From assembly GCA_035547695.1 (NCBI GenBank), contig DASZUK010000004.1, positions 1,299 to 65,298 of the forward strand: a stretch of DNA of 64,000 nt, written 5' to 3'. The notes beneath the pieces are model-generated. The model was not told the DNA's origin. It made no database searches and saw only the letters and a list, made by a program, of their open reading frames with translations. Within the stretch, counting starts at the first letter, position 1. Each line of letters begins with the position of its first letter. Positions 1-8,538 of the stretch are shown here, one piece after another. Made by a program: the position numbers and the translations under genes. Origin of the DNA: Acidimicrobiales bacterium. GTDB taxonomy: Bacteria > Actinomycetota > Acidimicrobiia > Acidimicrobiales > RAAP-2.

Positions 1-1
1 C

Positions 2-397
2 GTGCAGCTCGTGCGCCCGCTGCCGGTACCGACCCCCCTCGGTGAACGTCGTCGCCGCCGCCGACAGCCGTACGGTGTCCGACCGCCGCCGGTCCTCGTC
101 GGGCGGCGTGTACCGGAACCGCAGGTACTCGTCGCCTGCCGGGTCCTCGACGTACCGGGTGTTGGTCAGCTCGCCGGCCACCACCGTCGACGTGAAGTCG
201 TACGGATGGTCGTGGACCGGCGGATCGCCGGCGACGCCGCTCGGGTCCCACACGTGCAGCCGGTACTCCCGGCGGTCGTCCAGCCGCAGGCCCATCAGCC
301 CGATGTCCACCATCCGCCACGGGAAGTTCCCGGCGTGCCGCAGGATGGCGAGCACCAGGGCCTTGCTCGCGGTCTCGGTGCTCAGCGTGTCGCTCAT
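2..397 (-). CDS. hypothetical protein, 5' part only (runs off left edge); His-rich, possibly cupin-like
   Basis: Hand translation of the minus strand from ATG 397-395 gives MSDTLSTETASKALVLAILRHAGNFPWRMVDIGLMGLRLDDRREYRLHVWDPSGVAGDPPVHDHPYDFTSTVVAGELTNTRYVEDPAGDEYLRFRY... The frame is open to the window edge with G/C-dominated third positions. It is absent from the ORF track because its stop lies outside the window. Confidence 0.55.
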   Translation of the reverse strand, partial: MSDTLSTETASKALVLAILRHAGNFPWRMVDIGLMGLRLDDRREYRLHVWDPSGVAGDPPVHDHPYDFTSTVVAGELTNTRYVEDPAGDEYLRFRYTPPDEDRRRSDTVRLSAAATTFTEGGRYRQRAHELH

Positions 398-498
398 CCA
401 CCAAATCACACACCTGTCATTCGGTGTGGTCAAGCGGGACCCCGATGGTCCTCCGCCTCGCCGAGGCCGGGGACGCGGGCGGGGTCCCCCGGAGGGGA

Positions 499-1761
499 CT
501 ACAAGGCGGCGCCGGCGATGGCCTCCCCGAGGGCGGCCACCCCCCGCCGGATCTCCGGCTCGGTGACGTGGCTGAACGCCAGCCGCAGGTACCGCTGCCC
601 GTGCTCGGCCATGTCCGGCCCCATGAACCGCTCGCCCGGCCGGAACGCCACCCCGGCGTTCTCGGCGGCCACCCGGGCCTTCTCCCAGTCCACCTGGTCG
701 GAGAGGCGCAGCCACAGGTAGAACCCGCCGTCCGGCACGTCGAAGGTGACCCACTTCCCGCAGTGCTCCCGGACCGCATCGACCGCCACGTCCCGCTTGT
801 GGCGGTAGACGGCGTTGATCCGGTCGATGTGCGGGTCCAGCATCCCCCGGGCCAGGTACTCGGCCATCACCCGGCAGGTCCACTGGCTGACCCCCAGGTC
901 CTGGCGGACCGCGGCCAGGCCGCCCACCAGTTCCGGCCGCCCGGCGATCCACCCCAGCCGCAGCGCCGGGGCCACGATCTTGGAGAACCCGTGCGACTGC
1001 AGCACCCGGCCGGAGGTGTCCAGCGACAGCAGCGTCGGCAGGGCCTCCCCGGAGTACCGGAGGTCCCCGTAGATGTTGTCCTCCAGGATCACTAAGTCGT
1101 GCTCCTCCGCCAGCTCCAGCAACCGCCGCCGCCGGGGCAGCGACGTGCACACCCCGGTCGGCAGTTGGAAGGTGGCGATGACGTACAGCATCTTGGGCCG
1201 CACCCCTGCCGCCCGCATCTGCTGCAGCGCGGCTTCCATGTCGTCCACGCAGATGCCGTCGCCGTCGACGGCCACCGGCCGGATGTTGGCTCCCCGCATC
1301 TGGAAGTACCGCAACGCGTACGGGAACGAGCTGGCTTCCACCATCACCCCGTCCCCGGCCTCCACCAGGGCGTTGATGGCCAGGGCGATGGCCTGCACCG
1401 ACCCCGACGTCAGGATGATCCCGTCCGGGTCCTGGCCGGCCAGTTCCTGCCGTGCCGTCAGCCAGGCGGCCACCTGCCGGCGCAGCTCGGTGTTGCCCAG
1501 CACCAGCTCCACGTACGTCGACAGGTACACGATCCGGTCGCTCCGGTCGTCGTACCCGAACGAGATGTACTCCAGCGCCCGCCCCTGGTCGCGGTCGAGG
1601 ACCTCGTCGTGCAGGGCCTTCAGGTCGGCGACCGGGAACGTCTCCTCCGCCGGCACCCCCTGGTCGAAGTTGAACGTCACCGGCACCGGCGGGTCCGGGA
1701 AGAACAGCGGCGGCCCCGACCGGGCGATGTCGCTGAACATGGACTCGGGATCGAACGGCAT
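499..1761 (-). CDS. PLP-dependent aminotransferase (fold type I, class I/II)
   Basis: 420-aa ORF. Motifs: TSGSVQAIALA, GFSKIVAPALRLGW (PLP lysine) and YLRLAF near the C-terminus. A GAGGAGGAGG SD lies 5 nt upstream of the ATG. Confidence 0.9.
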   Translation of the reverse strand: MPFDPESMFSDIARSGPPLFFPDPPVPVTFNFDQGVPAEETFPVADLKALHDEVLDRDQGRALEYISFGYDDRSDRIVYLSTYVELVLGNTELRRQVAAWLTARQELAGQDPDGIILTSGSVQAIALAINALVEAGDGVMVEASSFPYALRYFQMRGANIRPVAVDGDGICVDDMEAALQQMRAAGVRPKMLYVIATFQLPTGVCTSLPRRRRLLELAEEHDLVILEDNIYGDLRYSGEALPTLLSLDTSGRVLQSHGFSKIVAPALRLGWIAGRPELVGGLAAVRQDLGVSQWTCRVMAEYLARGMLDPHIDRINAVYRHKRDVAVDAVREHCGKWVTFDVPDGGFYLWLRLSDQVDWEKARVAAENAGVAFRPGERFMGPDMAEHGQRYLRLAFSHVTEPEIRRGVAALGEAIAGAAL

Positions 1762-1773
1762 CTCGGCCTCCTC

Positions 1774-1809
1774 CTCAACGAACCTTCGGCACTCAACGAA
1801 CCTTCGGCA
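1774..1809. repeat. perfect 18-bp tandem duplication of the LLM gene's last codons + stop
   Basis: ctcaacgaaccttcggca occurs at 1774-1791 and 1792-1809. The minus strand therefore reads PKVR* twice. Confidence 0.92.
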
Positions 1810-2809
1810 GCACTTCGGTCCCCAGCCGCCGCAGGAACCCGATCTGGTCCGGCACCAACTGGGTGAACAGCAGGTTGGTGGCCCCGTACCCCGCGATCTC
1901 CCGGAGCCGGTCCACGCAGGCCTCCGGCGGTCCGGTCACCGCGAACCGCTGGGCCAGCCAGTCCCGGAGCCCGCAGCGGTCCACCAGGTCGGCGTTGTGG
2001 GCGCTGCCGTCGGCCACCGCATGCTCCCCGTGGGCGTACCCGGCCATCAGTTCCCGCAGCCCGTCCGCCTGGTCCTCCGGCACCCGCTTGCCGGCCAGGG
2101 TGAACCGGAACACGTGGTCGGCGCTGGCCGCCAGCAGCCACCGCAGCGACGCCACCCCGTCCTCCACGGTGTCGGCGAACTGGAAGTTGACCATCCACCA
2201 GATCTCCACCGCGTCCGGCGACCGGCCGGCGTCGACGGCCCCCTGCCGCACCGTGGCGATGGTGTCCTGCACCACCTGCCGTGTCAGCCCGTTGGACACG
2301 ATCACCCCGTCGGCCATCGCCCCGGCCAGCCCCAGCTTCTTCGGCCCCTCCGCGGCCAGGAACACCGGCACCGGACGGACCGGGTCGGTGGCCCACCGCA
2401 GCCGCAGCCGTTCCCCGTGGTACGTGGCCGGCCGCCCCGCGGTCAGCTCCCGGACCGCGGTGGCGTAGGCCACCACCTCGTCCACCGGCGCCGGCCGCCG
2501 TCCCAGGTTCAGCACCGCGCTGTCCCCGCCGCCGATCCCCACCACCATCCGGCCGCCCGACAGCTCCTGCAGGCTGGTCATCGCGGCCGCCGTCACCGCC
2601 GGGTGCCGGGTCACCGGGTTGGTCACCATCGGGCCCAGCCGCAGCGTGGTCGACGCCTCGGCCGCCACCGCCAGCGCCACGTACGGGTCGTGCCACAGGC
2701 ACGGCGAGTCACCGTGCCCCAGCAGCTCCAGCCCCGCCTCCTCGCAGGCCCGCACCGTGCCGGCGTAGGCCCCCATGTCCCTGGCGTAGTAGTCGGTGCC
2801 GAACCGCAT
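1793..2809 (-). CDS. LLM-class (luciferase-like) flavin/F420-dependent oxidoreductase
   Basis: 338-aa ORF with an MRFG start, GRMVVGIGGG and LAAEGPKKLGLAG, typical of the LLM TIM-barrel family. Confidence 0.88.
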   Translation of the reverse strand: MRFGTDYYARDMGAYAGTVRACEEAGLELLGHGDSPCLWHDPYVALAVAAEASTTLRLGPMVTNPVTRHPAVTAAAMTSLQELSGGRMVVGIGGGDSAVLNLGRRPAPVDEVVAYATAVRELTAGRPATYHGERLRLRWATDPVRPVPVFLAAEGPKKLGLAGAMADGVIVSNGLTRQVVQDTIATVRQGAVDAGRSPDAVEIWWMVNFQFADTVEDGVASLRWLLAASADHVFRFTLAGKRVPEDQADGLRELMAGYAHGEHAVADGSAHNADLVDRCGLRDWLAQRFAVTGPPEACVDRLREIAGYGATNLLFTQLVPDQIGFLRRLGTEVLPKVR

Positions 2810-2877
2810 CGGTGCCGCCTGCGACGGTCCCGTGGCCCACCCCTCCCTTCCTGTCCCTCTCCCTTCCTTCCTATGCT

Positions 2878-2891
2878 AAGCAAGCATTTGG
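2878..2891. promoter_or_regulatory. AAGCAAGCATTTGG motif, shared with 7209-7222
   Basis: See 7209-7222. This copy lies between the LLM (minus) and SMP-30 (plus) genes. Confidence 0.4.
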
Positions 2892-2938
2892 TTGGTCGAC
2901 AACCGGGTCGGCCGCCGGGGACTGGCCGGAGGGTCGCC

Positions 2939-3847
2939 GTGCAGACCGAACCGTTCGTGGACGGCCTCGCCTACCCGGAGTGCCCCCGCTGGCACCGCGG
3001 CGCGGTCTGGCTGTCCGACCAGCACGCCGGCGTCGTCGTCAAGGTCGACGTCCCCGGTGCCGGCCGCCCCGCCCCCGTGGCCGAGGAGGTGGCCGCCCCG
3101 CCCACCGAGCCGGCCGGCCTGGGTTGGGCCCCCGACGGCACCCTGCTGGTGGTGTCCATGCACGACCGCCGCCTGCTGGCCTTCGATCCCGACGGCGCCG
3201 GTGCCCCCGGGACCGGCGGCGGTCGGTTCCGGACGGTGGCCGACCTGGCCCCGTTCCACCCCGGCCTCAGCAACGAACTGTTGGTCGACCCGGCCGGCCG
3301 GGCCTACGTCGGCAACATCGGCTTCGACTACTACGGCGGCCAGGACCCGCGGCCGACGGTGGTGGTGCTGGTCCACCCCGACGGCGCCGTCCGGGTGGCC
3401 GCCGACGACCTGCTGGTCCCCAACGGCATGGTGCTGACCCCCGACGGGGCCACCCTGGTGGTGGCCGAGTCGTTCGCCCACCGGTTGACCGCCTTCACCG
3501 TCGCCGCCGACGGCTCCCTGGGCCACCGCCGGGTGTTCGCCGACCTCGACGACGACATCCCCGACGGCATCTGCCTCGACGCCGACGGCGCCGTCTGGTA
3601 CGCCGCCATCGGCCGCCACCAGGTCGTCCGGGTGCTGCCCGGTGGTGGGCCGGCCGGGAAGGGGACGGTGGACGAGCGGGTGTCCACCGGCGACCGGGAG
3701 GCCGTGGCCTGCATGCTCGGCGGCCCCGACCGCCGCCGCCTGTTCGTCTGCACCACCCTCCATCTCGATCCCGAGCACTCCGTGCCGGCCCGCAGCGGCC
3801 GGCTGGAGGTGGTGGACGTCGCGGTGCCCGGCGCCGGCCTGCCCTGA
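2939..3847 (+). CDS. SMP-30/gluconolactonase/LRE-family beta-propeller protein
   Basis: This is the in-frame tail of a spurious 924-aa track ORF. A GGAGGG SD (2926-2931) precedes GTG 2939; ATG 2873 is an alternative start. Motifs: PECPRWH, LLVDPAGRAYVGN, LVPNGMVLTPDG, PDGICLDADGAVW. Confidence 0.82.
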   Translation: MQTEPFVDGLAYPECPRWHRGAVWLSDQHAGVVVKVDVPGAGRPAPVAEEVAAPPTEPAGLGWAPDGTLLVVSMHDRRLLAFDPDGAGAPGTGGGRFRTVADLAPFHPGLSNELLVDPAGRAYVGNIGFDYYGGQDPRPTVVVLVHPDGAVRVAADDLLVPNGMVLTPDGATLVVAESFAHRLTAFTVAADGSLGHRRVFADLDDDIPDGICLDADGAVWYAAIGRHQVVRVLPGGGPAGKGTVDERVSTGDREAVACMLGGPDRRRLFVCTTLHLDPEHSVPARSGRLEVVDVAVPGAGLP

Positions 3848-3848
3848 T

Positions 3849-4391
3849 CTACGCCGGCGGCTGCGCCGCCCAGAACCGCTGCCAACTGTCCCACCGGTAC
3901 GGCAGGGTGCCGGTCCCGGTGTCGTGGGCCGGCCAGTCCGCCGCCGCCATCCCCACCGGGCGCCGGCCGTGGGCGGCGCCGTAGAACAGCTCGTGCCGGC
4001 GCTGCGCCGCGAAGTACCACCGGCCGTCCCGCCGGACGTACCGGTCGCCGTAGCAGATGGCCTGGTGGACCCAGGTGTCCGGGCCGGTCTGCACCTCGCC
4101 GTGGCAGTACACCGCCCCGGTGGCCTGGTCGTCGTCGGTGAACTCGATGACGTGGTTCCCGACGTGCAGGATGGTGGTCCGCACCCGCCGCAGCGACGGC
4201 TCCATCAGCTCCCGGAGGGCGTCGCGGCCCCGGCGGCCGCCGGGCAGCTCGACGTCGTCGGCGTACAGCCCCATCAGCCCGTCCATGTCCCGGCGGTCCA
4301 GGGTGGCCGAGTACCGCCAGGCCAGTTGCCGGATCTGCCCGGCCGACTCCAGCCGGTCGATCCGGGCGGCCAGCGTGGCCGGATCAGCCAT
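3849..4391 (-). CDS. SnoaL-like / NTF2-fold protein (SnoaL_4 type)
   Basis: 180-aa ORF with IRQLAWRYSATLDRRDMDGLMGLYADD and HVGNHVIEF. The W-rich tail TLPYRWDSWQRFWA is shared with the upstream paralogue. Confidence 0.8.
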   Translation of the reverse strand: MADPATLAARIDRLESAGQIRQLAWRYSATLDRRDMDGLMGLYADDVELPGGRRGRDALRELMEPSLRRVRTTILHVGNHVIEFTDDDQATGAVYCHGEVQTGPDTWVHQAICYGDRYVRRDGRWYFAAQRRHELFYGAAHGRRPVGMAAADWPAHDTGTGTLPYRWDSWQRFWAAQPPA

Positions 4392-4992
4392 CGGCCGCGG
4401 GGTCCACCCCGGCCTCCGCCCAGAACCGGCCCCACGACGGCCACCGGTCCGGCAGCGTCGGCCGGGTCATGAACGGGTTGTTCGGGAAATGGAACCGGCC
4501 CTCCACCGCCAGCGGGCTCTCGGTGACGTCGGCGGCGTAGAACGCGTGGGGTCGCCGGCTCCGGAAGTACCAGTGCCCCCCCTGCCGTTCGTACCGGTCC
4601 TCGTACACCATCGGCATCACCACCCACAGGTCCCCGACCTCGTGCTCCGGCCGGCAGTACACCGCCCCGGTGGCGTGGTCGTCGTCCACGAAGTCGATGA
4701 CGTGGTTGCCGACCAGGTGGAAGGTGGTGGTGTACCCCTGCCGCAGCACCGGCCCGTTGAACCAGTCGGCCAGCGCCCGGCGGCCCTTGCCGCCGTCGTG
4801 CACGTCCACGTCCTCCACGAACAGCGCCGCCAGCCCCTCCACGTCGCGGCTGTCCAGGGCCAGGGCGTACCGGGACACCAACTGCCGGATCTCCTCCACC
4901 GCCTCCAGTCGCCGCACCCGGGCCTCCAGCACCGCCAGCCCGCCGTCGGTGTCGCCGTTGCCGTCGGTGTCGGTGTCGGTGTCGTCAGCCAT
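4384..4992 (-). CDS. SnoaL-like / NTF2-fold protein, tandem paralogue
   Basis: 202-aa ORF with IRQLVSRYALALDSRDVEGLAALFVED and LVGNHVIDF, and the tail TLPDRWPSWGRFWA. It overlaps the downstream paralogue by 8 nt. Confidence 0.8.
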   Translation of the reverse strand: MADDTDTDTDGNGDTDGGLAVLEARVRRLEAVEEIRQLVSRYALALDSRDVEGLAALFVEDVDVHDGGKGRRALADWFNGPVLRQGYTTTFHLVGNHVIDFVDDDHATGAVYCRPEHEVGDLWVVMPMVYEDRYERQGGHWYFRSRRPHAFYAADVTESPLAVEGRFHFPNNPFMTRPTLPDRWPSWGRFWAEAGVDPAADG

Positions 4993-7189
4993 CCTCGGTC
5001 CCCCCGTGCTCCACGACCACCAGGGCGTCCAGGGCCACCGCCCCCCGCCCCTCGTCCAGGACCAGCAGCGGGTTCACGTCCACCTCGGCGACGGTGCCGG
5101 CCAGCTCCATCCCGACGGCCTGCACCGCCATCACCGCGTCCAGCAGCGCCTCCACGTCGGCCGGCCACCGGCCGCGCACCCCGGTGAGCAACGGGAACCC
5201 CTTCAGCTCGGCCACCATCCGCCGGGCCTCGTCCCGGTCGAACGGCGGCACCCGGAACGCCACGTCCCCCAGCACCTCGACCAGCACCCCGCCCAGGCCG
5301 ACCATGACGGTGGGCCCGAACACCGGGTCCTGGCTGAGCCCCACCACCGTCTCCACCCCGCCGCCGACCATCTCGGCCACGATGACCCCCTCGATGGCGA
5401 CCGGAGCCCGGGCCACCAGGTCGTCGTAGGCCGCGGCCACCGCCGCGGCGTCGGCCACCCCCAGCCGGACCAGGCCGGCGTCGGACTTGTGGGCGACCGC
5501 CCCGCCGCAGGCCTTCAGCACCACCGGGTACCCGACGTCGGCCGCCGCGGCCACCGCCTCGTCCGCCGACGTGCACAGCCGGGCCGCCGGGGTGCGGATG
5601 CCGTAGGCCTGCAGCACCCGGCCGCTGTCCCATTCCGACAGGGTCCGTTTGGACAGGGCCCCACCGGACAGGGCCCCACCGGACGGGGCCCGCTCGGCCA
5701 GGACCCCCTCGGCCACGGCCCTGGCCGCCGATGGGGCCGCCGACGGGGCCGGCGAAAGGCCGGCGAACGGCGACCGGTACCGGCGCTGGAAGTCGTAGTA
5801 GTCGAAGTAGGCCCGGACCGCGGTGGCGCAGTTGGCGAAGGTCCGGAACACGGCGATCTTCCGGGAGCCCAGCAGGATGTCCCGGTAGGCCGCCTCGGTG
5901 CCGACCGGGGACCCCCAGATGACGCAGACCGGCTTGTCGGTGGTCTCGGCCACGTCCACCAGGTCCTGGGCCAGCTTGTCGCTCATCGGCGGGAACGCCC
6001 CGGTGATGGGGGCCACCAGCACCCCGACGTCGGGGTCCGCGACCAGGGTGTCCAGGATCTTGCGGCCCCGCCAGTCCCCGACGGGGTGGCCGCCGTTGTC
6101 GACCGGGTTGGACACCCGCAGGTACGACGGGATCCACTCGTGCAGCCGGTCCTGGGTGGCCTGGCTGAGCCGCGGCAGCCGGAGGCCGCGGCTGGCGCAG
6201 ACGTCGGCCATGTGGGCGCCGGTGCCGCCGGAGATGGAGGTGATGACGACGCCGTCCCCGGTCGGGGGCCGGGCCCGGGCCAGCAGCACGGCGGTGTCGG
6301 CCAGCTCGTCCAGCCCCTCCACCCGGACGATGCCGGCCTGGCGGAGGGCGGCCCCGGCCACCGCGTCGGCCCCGGCCAGCTTGCCGGTGTGCGAACCGGC
6401 CATCGACCGGCCCTCCTCGGTCCGGCCCACCTTCACCATCACCACCGGCACCTTCCGCCGGGCGGCGTGGTCGGCGGCCAGCAGCAGGCTGCGGCCGTCC
6501 TTGAACCCCTCCACGTACGCGGCGATGGCCCCCACCTTGGGCTGGTCGGCGAAGTACCGGACGAAGTCGGCCACCTCCAGGTCGCCCTCGTTGCCGGTCG
6601 GCGCCCAGTACGCCAACCGGACCCCCAGCTCCTGGGTCTGGAAGATCGGCCGCCCCTGGTGCCCGCTCTGCGAGATCAGCGCGACGGCCGGACCGTCCAG
6701 GTCGGTCCGGAACTGCTCGAAGGCGTTCAGGTTGGTGTTCGGTCCCAGCAGCCGCATCCCGGTGGCCCGCACCTCGGCGGTCAGGGCGGCCTGGGCGGCC
6801 CGGCCGTCGGCCCCCAGCTCGGCGAACCCGGCGGTGAACACCACGGCGAACCCGAACCCCTTGCCGGCGGCCTGCCGGATGGCGTCGACGGGGTCCGACA
6901 CCACGAAGGCCAGCACGTCCACCCCGTCCGGGAGGGCGGCCACCGACGGGACGCACGGGGTGTCGAACACCGTGGCCCGCTTGGGGTGCACCGGGAAGAA
7001 CGTGGCCCCCATCCGCTGCGCCCACTGGTGCAACTGCCGGGTGATCCCGGTGTTGGGCCGCCCCTCCTCGTCGGAGGCCCCGACCACCGCCACCGTGGTG
7101 GGGTGGAAGAACCGGTCCAGGTCGGCGTCCTCCAGGGTCACCGGGCGGCCGCTGACGTCCACATCGGGTGGCACGGCGTCGGGGGGCAC
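4985..7189 (-). CDS. acetate--CoA ligase family protein (NDP-forming acyl-CoA synthetase: CoA-binding + ATP-grasp)
   Basis: It has a CoA-binding start TVAVVGASDEEGRPNTG, a succinyl-CoA-ligase-like middle and a C-terminal ATP-grasp (GYPVVLKA...SDAGLVRLGV). The track ORF runs to 7273, but its first 28 codons are low-GC and not protein-like. GTG 7189 is preferred. Confidence 0.88.
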   Translation of the reverse strand: MPPDAVPPDVDVSGRPVTLEDADLDRFFHPTTVAVVGASDEEGRPNTGITRQLHQWAQRMGATFFPVHPKRATVFDTPCVPSVAALPDGVDVLAFVVSDPVDAIRQAAGKGFGFAVVFTAGFAELGADGRAAQAALTAEVRATGMRLLGPNTNLNAFEQFRTDLDGPAVALISQSGHQGRPIFQTQELGVRLAYWAPTGNEGDLEVADFVRYFADQPKVGAIAAYVEGFKDGRSLLLAADHAARRKVPVVMVKVGRTEEGRSMAGSHTGKLAGADAVAGAALRQAGIVRVEGLDELADTAVLLARARPPTGDGVVITSISGGTGAHMADVCASRGLRLPRLSQATQDRLHEWIPSYLRVSNPVDNGGHPVGDWRGRKILDTLVADPDVGVLVAPITGAFPPMSDKLAQDLVDVAETTDKPVCVIWGSPVGTEAAYRDILLGSRKIAVFRTFANCATAVRAYFDYYDFQRRYRSPFAGLSPAPSAAPSAARAVAEGVLAERAPSGGALSGGALSKRTLSEWDSGRVLQAYGIRTPAARLCTSADEAVAAAADVGYPVVLKACGGAVAHKSDAGLVRLGVADAAAVAAAYDDLVARAPVAIEGVIVAEMVGGGVETVVGLSQDPVFGPTVMVGLGGVLVEVLGDVAFRVPPFDRDEARRMVAELKGFPLLTGVRGRWPADVEALLDAVMAVQAVGMELAGTVAEVDVNPLLVLDEGRGAVALDALVVVEHGGTEDG

Positions 7190-7208
7190 GCCGCGGCACC
7201 CTACCACC

Positions 7209-7222
7209 AAGCAAGCGCTTGG
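7209..7222. promoter_or_regulatory. AAGCAAGCGCTTGG motif (part of palindrome CCAAGC-N4-GCTTGG), shared with 2878-2891
   Basis: Twelve of 14 positions are identical to AAGCAAGCATTTGG at 2878-2891. Both lie in divergent intergenic regions. Confidence 0.4.
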
Positions 7223-7274
7223 AACCCACCCGGCGGTCCAGTTGGTAAACTTCGGGAAGAGCTGACACACCATC

Positions 7275-7313
7275 AGATGCAGCGTGTAGATGCAGCATTT
7301 GTGAAGATGCAGC
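7275..7313. promoter_or_regulatory. three direct copies of AGATGCAGC in a divergent promoter region
   Basis: The copies lie at 7275-7283, 7288-7296 and 7305-7313 (spacing 13 and 17 bp). They sit between the acyl-CoA synthetase and amidohydrolase starts. Confidence 0.55.
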
Positions 7314-7332
7314 GTTGGATCGGAGCGAGCCG

Positions 7333-8532
7333 ATGCCGGACATCCCCAAGATCATCAGCGTCGACGACCACGTGGTGGAGCCGGCCCACGTCTGGGAGCG
7401 GTGGATGCCGTCCAGGTTCGCCGACCGCGCCCCCCGGGTGGAGCGGCGCGGCATCGGCCCCATGAAGCACATCGGGGGCGGCGTCTACGACATCACCTGG
7501 GACCCGGAGGGCCCGAAGGCGGACTGCTGGGTGTTCGAGGACCTGGTGTACGTGCACAAGCGCCACGTCGCCGCCGTCGGGTACGACCGCGACGAGATGA
7601 CCATGACCCCGATGACCTACGACGAGATGCGGCCCGGCTGCTACGACGTGGCCGCCCGGGTGGCCGACATGGAGATGAACCATGTCGAGGCCTCCCTGTG
7701 CTTCCCGACCTTCCCCCGGTTCTGCGGCCAGACCTTCACCGAGGCCACCACCGACCGCGAGCTGGGCATGGCCTGCATCACGGCCTACAACGACTGGATG
7801 GTGGACGAGTGGTGCGGGGACAGCGGCGGCGTCAACATCCCGCTGTGCCTCATCCCGCTGTGGGACGCCGACCTGGCCGCCGCCGAGGTCCGCCGGAACG
7901 CCGAGCGCGGGGTCCGGGCGGTGTGCTTCAGCGAGATCCCCCCGCACCTCGGCCTGCCCAGCATCCACTCCGGCTACTGGGACCGGTTCTTCGCGGCCTG
8001 CGCCCAGACCGGCACGGTGGTGTGCATGCACATCGGGTCGTCCTCCAAGATGCCGGCCACCTCCGGCGACGCCCCCGTGGCGGTCGCCGCCACCCTGTCG
8101 TTCGGCAACGCCATGGCGTCGCTGGCCGACTTCCTGTTCTCCGGCGTCCTGGTCCGGTTCCCGGACCTCCGGTTGGCCTACTCCGAGGGCCAGATCGGCT
8201 GGCTGCCGTACATCCTGGAGCGCGCCGACGACGTCTGGATGGAGCACCGCGCCTGGGGCGGCGTCCGCGACATCGTGCCGGAGCCGCCGTCCACCTACTA
8301 CTACCGGCAGGTCTACGGCTGCTTCTTCCGCGACCGGCACGGCCTGGAGTCCCTGGACCGGGTCGGGGTGGACAACATCACCTTCGAGACCGACTACCCC
8401 CACACCGACTCCACCTGGCCCCACACCAAGGAGGTCGCCGAGAAGATGATGGGGGACCTCCCCGCGGAGGCCATCCGCAAGATCGTCCGCGGCAACGCCA
8501 TCCGGATGCTGCAGCTCGACCTGGAGCCCTGA
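7333..8532 (+). CDS. amidohydrolase-2 family metal-dependent hydrolase/decarboxylase
   Basis: Motifs: ISVDDHVVEP and ITFETDYPHTDSTWP. GGAG lies 7 nt before ATG 7333; the track start TTG 7315 is also possible. Confidence 0.88.
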   Translation: MPDIPKIISVDDHVVEPAHVWERWMPSRFADRAPRVERRGIGPMKHIGGGVYDITWDPEGPKADCWVFEDLVYVHKRHVAAVGYDRDEMTMTPMTYDEMRPGCYDVAARVADMEMNHVEASLCFPTFPRFCGQTFTEATTDRELGMACITAYNDWMVDEWCGDSGGVNIPLCLIPLWDADLAAAEVRRNAERGVRAVCFSEIPPHLGLPSIHSGYWDRFFAACAQTGTVVCMHIGSSSKMPATSGDAPVAVAATLSFGNAMASLADFLFSGVLVRFPDLRLAYSEGQIGWLPYILERADDVWMEHRAWGGVRDIVPEPPSTYYYRQVYGCFFRDRHGLESLDRVGVDNITFETDYPHTDSTWPHTKEVAEKMMGDLPAEAIRKIVRGNAIRMLQLDLEP

Positions 8533-8538
8533 GCCAGT

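Noticed and set aside
1073-3847. Very long ORFs in the track (for example 1073..3847, 4617..7472, 20967..23726, 27496..30279, 41557..44160, 59064..61901, 59981..62497).
   Set aside because: Their translations are R/P/G/A-dominated low-complexity sequence. They lie antisense or out of frame to ORFs with clear family motifs. This is the usual shadow-frame artefact of high-G+C DNA. Only in-frame terminal portions were kept where they carry real domains.
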